Assembly (NCBI GenBank): GCA_013416795.1
Contig: RQSC01000028.1
Span: forward strand, 1,139,450-1,158,598
Source: Prasinococcaceae sp. CCMP 1430
Lineage: Eukaryota; Plantae; Prasinodermophyta
Length of the DNA: 19,149 nt
Reading direction: 5' to 3'
Shown here: piece after piece, positions 16,648 to 19,149 of the stretch
Layout: each line of letters begins with the position of its first letter
Numbering within the stretch: the stretch's first letter is position 1
Program-made: the position numbers and the translations under genes
Notes under the pieces: model-generated
Seen by the model: the letters and a program-made list of their open reading frames with translations, nothing else
Told to the model about the DNA's origin: nothing
The model's database searches: none

Positions 16648-17593
16648 CTACCTGCGCTTGGGCTTGGGATCGAGCTTGGCCACCCCGGAGAGCACCGCCT
16701 GTGTCGCCGCGCGCAGACAAAGACGACCCGGCAAGTCCGGTCAGCGCTTCGTGTGTGCATTGCGATGTGCGCAGTGGCTGAAAAGCGCGATGCCAAAGCA
16801 CACGCGCGCGGGAGCAGCGCATGCAAAACGTCAGGCTGTTCGGGCGCGCTATTGGCTGTCCAGGACCGCCGGCATCGCCTCTTCGCACCTCGCCGATGCC
16901 ACCCATGTTAGGCGCCTCGAAGCTGTCGGCGTTCGCATGGATGGTCACAGCCCTCCCCACGGGCGATTGGTTGGCCTTGGAGAAGTCGAGGAGCGGGGCG
17001 GGGAGCAGAGCGGAGGCCGAACCGTCGGCTTCCACCGGCACGTTGCCGAGGTCCCCGACGTGGCACCAAAACAGAATGCCCGTCGTACCTCCGACACGTG
17101 CCATCGACGCGCCCTGGCTGCCGAAGGTTTTCGTCGCGCCTGGCGCGCCGTGCGGAACGCGCTCGGGGTTGTATGACTCCGATTCGGGATCGCCATTCTC
17201 GTGCATCTGCACGCCGTGCTCGCCAGCGGGCAGCGCGCCCTCGTCGAGCTCGATCTGCAGGTCCACTCGCAGGCGCCCGTACTCGCTCTTCATCTCCACG
17301 AAGCGCAGCACGCCCACAGGGTCGCCCCCTCCAGCGGGCGTCAGCGGCGCGCTCGCGCTCACTCCGGTGGGGTCATACTTGGTCTTGGTGGCGAGCGCCT
17401 GGGTAGACGCGGTGGCGGCGGCGTCTGCGCTCTGCGGCGCGGCCACAAGCGCAGCTCCCGCGGCTAGCACGGCGGTCGCGAGCGCGTCGCGCCGGCCAGA
17501 CGTAAGCTCGACGCGCTCGCTCGCCTTGGGGCCAGTCGCGTGTGCGTCAGACGCCGGCGCCGCACGGCACCCCGCGCACGTCGCGACCGCCAT
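16648..17593 (-). CDS. Cu/Zn superoxide dismutase-fold protein with degenerate active site and putative chloroplast + Tat thylakoid-lumen targeting
   Basis: Exons 17593-16889 and 16698-16648; intron 16888-16699 (GAG|GTGCGA..CTGAC..CACAG|GCG). Motifs: GEHGVQMHENGD, YNP....HGAP, HVGDLGNV, VGRAVTIH, and spliced GGIGE|AVLSGV. N-terminal GRRDALATAVLAAGAALVAAPQSADA. Confidence 0.8.
16699..16888 (-). other. Intron (190 nt) in the SOD-like gene
   Basis: GTGCGA donor, CTGAC branch, CACAG acceptor. Splicing supplies the final SOD beta-strand (AVLSGVA) and a nearby stop. Confidence 0.7.
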
Positions 17594-17691
17594 CCTCGCG
17601 CGCTCCCAGCCCGTCCGCGCCCCCTGCGCACGCGCTGTGGGCCCACGCCGCAACGAGCCCGCCGGGGCACAACCTTATCCTACCCACAACC

Positions 17692-17696
17692 TTACA
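17692..17696 (-). promoter_or_regulatory. TGTAA polyadenylation-type signal after the MARCH-like gene
   Basis: Minus-strand TGTAA about 19 nt after the TAG at 17717-17715. Confidence 0.4.
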
Positions 17697-17714
17697 TTAA
17701 CCCTAATACTAACC

Positions 17715-19149
17715 CTAACGCACGCGATAGCCTCTCGCGGTGTCGACTTGGACGCTGCCGTAGCCTCTGGCGCGCTCGAGCCGGTCTTGAGCCCAGTGGT
17801 ATGCGCGCGTGAGGCCGCGGCGCAGGTCTGCGCGTGTCTCGGCGCACCACTCGCGGGCGTCGCTGGCGAGCGCGCGGGCGACGTCGCCCATGAGGGCCAG
17901 GACGCTGTCGTCTTCCTCGTACGAGATGCCGTAGAGATCACCGTCTGCGTGGCGGACGCGATCGGGGTCCAGCAACGTCTCGCCCCAGCGCACGAGCGCG
18001 CTGCGCGTCGCCCGGACAGCCGCGTCCTTGTACTGCAGCCAGAGCACGACAAGGCCAACAAGCACGCCAACGCGCCAGAAGCGAGCTCCTTGCGATTGCG
18101 TGACGGCGCCTACGACCAAAGCGCAGTGCACGAGCGAGCCCGCGCCGCCCCCGGCGTGTACCTCGCGCCGAATGCGCGCGTACGCGGCGTGCACGAAAGC
18201 GGCTGCGCCAACTGCACAAAGGCATCGCGGCCGGCAGGGCATATCCGTGTGTCAGCTCAGGCGCAGGCGGCACCGTAGCGACGAGCGCGCGCCAGCACAG
18301 CCACCTGCTGCCAGCACACGCACCGTGCCACGCGCCGCCCACCACTTTGTCGAGGAAGTACGCGTACATGCGCAGGAAGAGGCAGCCGAGGTTGTGGGCG
18401 AAGGTGCGACTTCCTGGGTACGTGTAGCATGCCCTGGCCTCCACCCGCCAATGCGGTTGCCAGCGCACGAGGTTGTAGAAGGGACGGGCAGCGTCGTAGT
18501 CGCGATAGAGAAATGGGGACACAACCGCGGCAAGGCCAACAGCGGTCACGACGAAGACCCACGCTGCCACCGGTGGAAGCCAAGGCAGAGACAAGTAAGC
18601 AGCGAGCCGCGTGCGGCGCACGGCGTAGCGGTGGCCGCACGCCGAACAGCGCTCCATTTCTCGCGCGTCATTCGCACGCGCGCGCCAGCTGTTGAGGCAC
18701 GCGGCGTGCACGTAGCCCATGGAGCCAGCGCACTTGCACGGGGAAATAAGGCGACCTGCCTCCGTCCCGCAAAAGCAGATGCGGCACACGGGCGCATTGG
18801 CGTCGGTATCCGAGTCCGAGCCCGCTTCGGCAGCAGCGGGCGCGCTCTCGTCGAGGTGCGCACGCCCATCTTGTCGCCGTTCCCGCGCCTGTCCTCGCCA
18901 GCGCAAGCCGCCTTCGGACACGTGCGGCAATGTTGCACTGGCGGCGGTGCGTGCGCTGCTTGTGGCCTCCTCCTCAGCGGCCAGCTGTCCACTCCTGACA
19001 CTCGCGCCGATTTCGCTCTCGACGCCCTCGGCTCCGAGCGCGCTGCCCCACCCGACGTCCAGCACGCTGCCGACGTTGCTCGGCTGCGGCCGCTCGCTCG
19101 CCTCCGCCCGCGCTCCCCCCGCCGCGGCGACCGCTGCGCGCGCGGCGGC
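17715..19149 (-). CDS. MARCH-type RING-CH membrane E3 ubiquitin ligase (5' end outside the window)
   Basis: The frame is open from 19149 to 18324, then intron 18323-18212 (CACG|GTGCGT..CTGAC..TGCAG|TT, phase 1), then exon 18211-17715. Finger CRICFCGTEAGRLISPCKCAGSMGYVHAACLNSW..CSAC is followed by hydrophobic segments (WLPPVAAWVFVVTAVGLAAVVSPFLY; VGVLVGLVVLWLQY). Confidence 0.85.
18212..18323 (-). other. Intron (112 nt) in the MARCH-like gene
   Basis: GTGCGT donor, CTGAC branch, TGCAG acceptor. Joins ORF 17938..19065 to ORF 17715..18242. Confidence 0.8.

Noticed and set aside
14878-16826. ORFs with poly-Cys, poly-Gln, poly-Asn or poly-Leu tracts
   Set aside because: All are translations of one (CAA)9 microsatellite in different frames.
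16550-16888. Unspliced C-terminal extension of the SOD-like ORF, or a CCS chaperone call
   Set aside because: A well-formed intron gives a better SOD-like terminal strand and a stop at 16648. No HMA domain or CxC tail is present.
1-19149. Prokaryotic operon or defence system, tRNA/rRNA genes, transposase
   Set aside because: Spliceosomal introns and eukaryote-specific genes throughout; no such sequences were recognised.

Overview
GC-rich, gene-dense eukaryotic nuclear DNA, most likely from a small green alga (prasinophyte-like). This rests on short spliceosomal introns with GTGCG/GTGAG/GTACG donors and CTGAC/CTAAC branch points, TGTAA poly(A)-type signals and a protein with a thylakoid-lumen-type twin-Arg signal. 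The ORF track is intron-blind and full of shadow ORFs, so I built gene models by hand. Ten genes in order: first exon of a secreted protein (-, runs off the left edge); double-WAP-domain type I membrane protein (+); AlkB-family 2OG-Fe(II) dioxygenase with an RGG tail (-); Dpy-30-motif protein with an acidic EEAAP repeat (+, missing from the ORF track); RLP24/RSL24D1 (-); NUP98-NUP96 polyprotein (+); RING-CH fused to a DUF179/YqgE-like domain interrupted by an SH3-like module (-); LENG1-like (+); a degenerate Cu/Zn-SOD-fold protein with a Tat lumen signal (-); and a MARCH-type RING-CH membrane E3 ligase (-, runs off the right edge). Best leads: the lumen-targeted pseudo-SOD, the RING-CH/DUF179/SH3-like fusion, the algal WAP membrane protein, the AlkB with RNA-binding-type flanks, and a speculative structured Pol III-like ncRNA with a TAACCCTA motif at about 3385-3575. 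All family calls are by eye from motifs; no searches were run.
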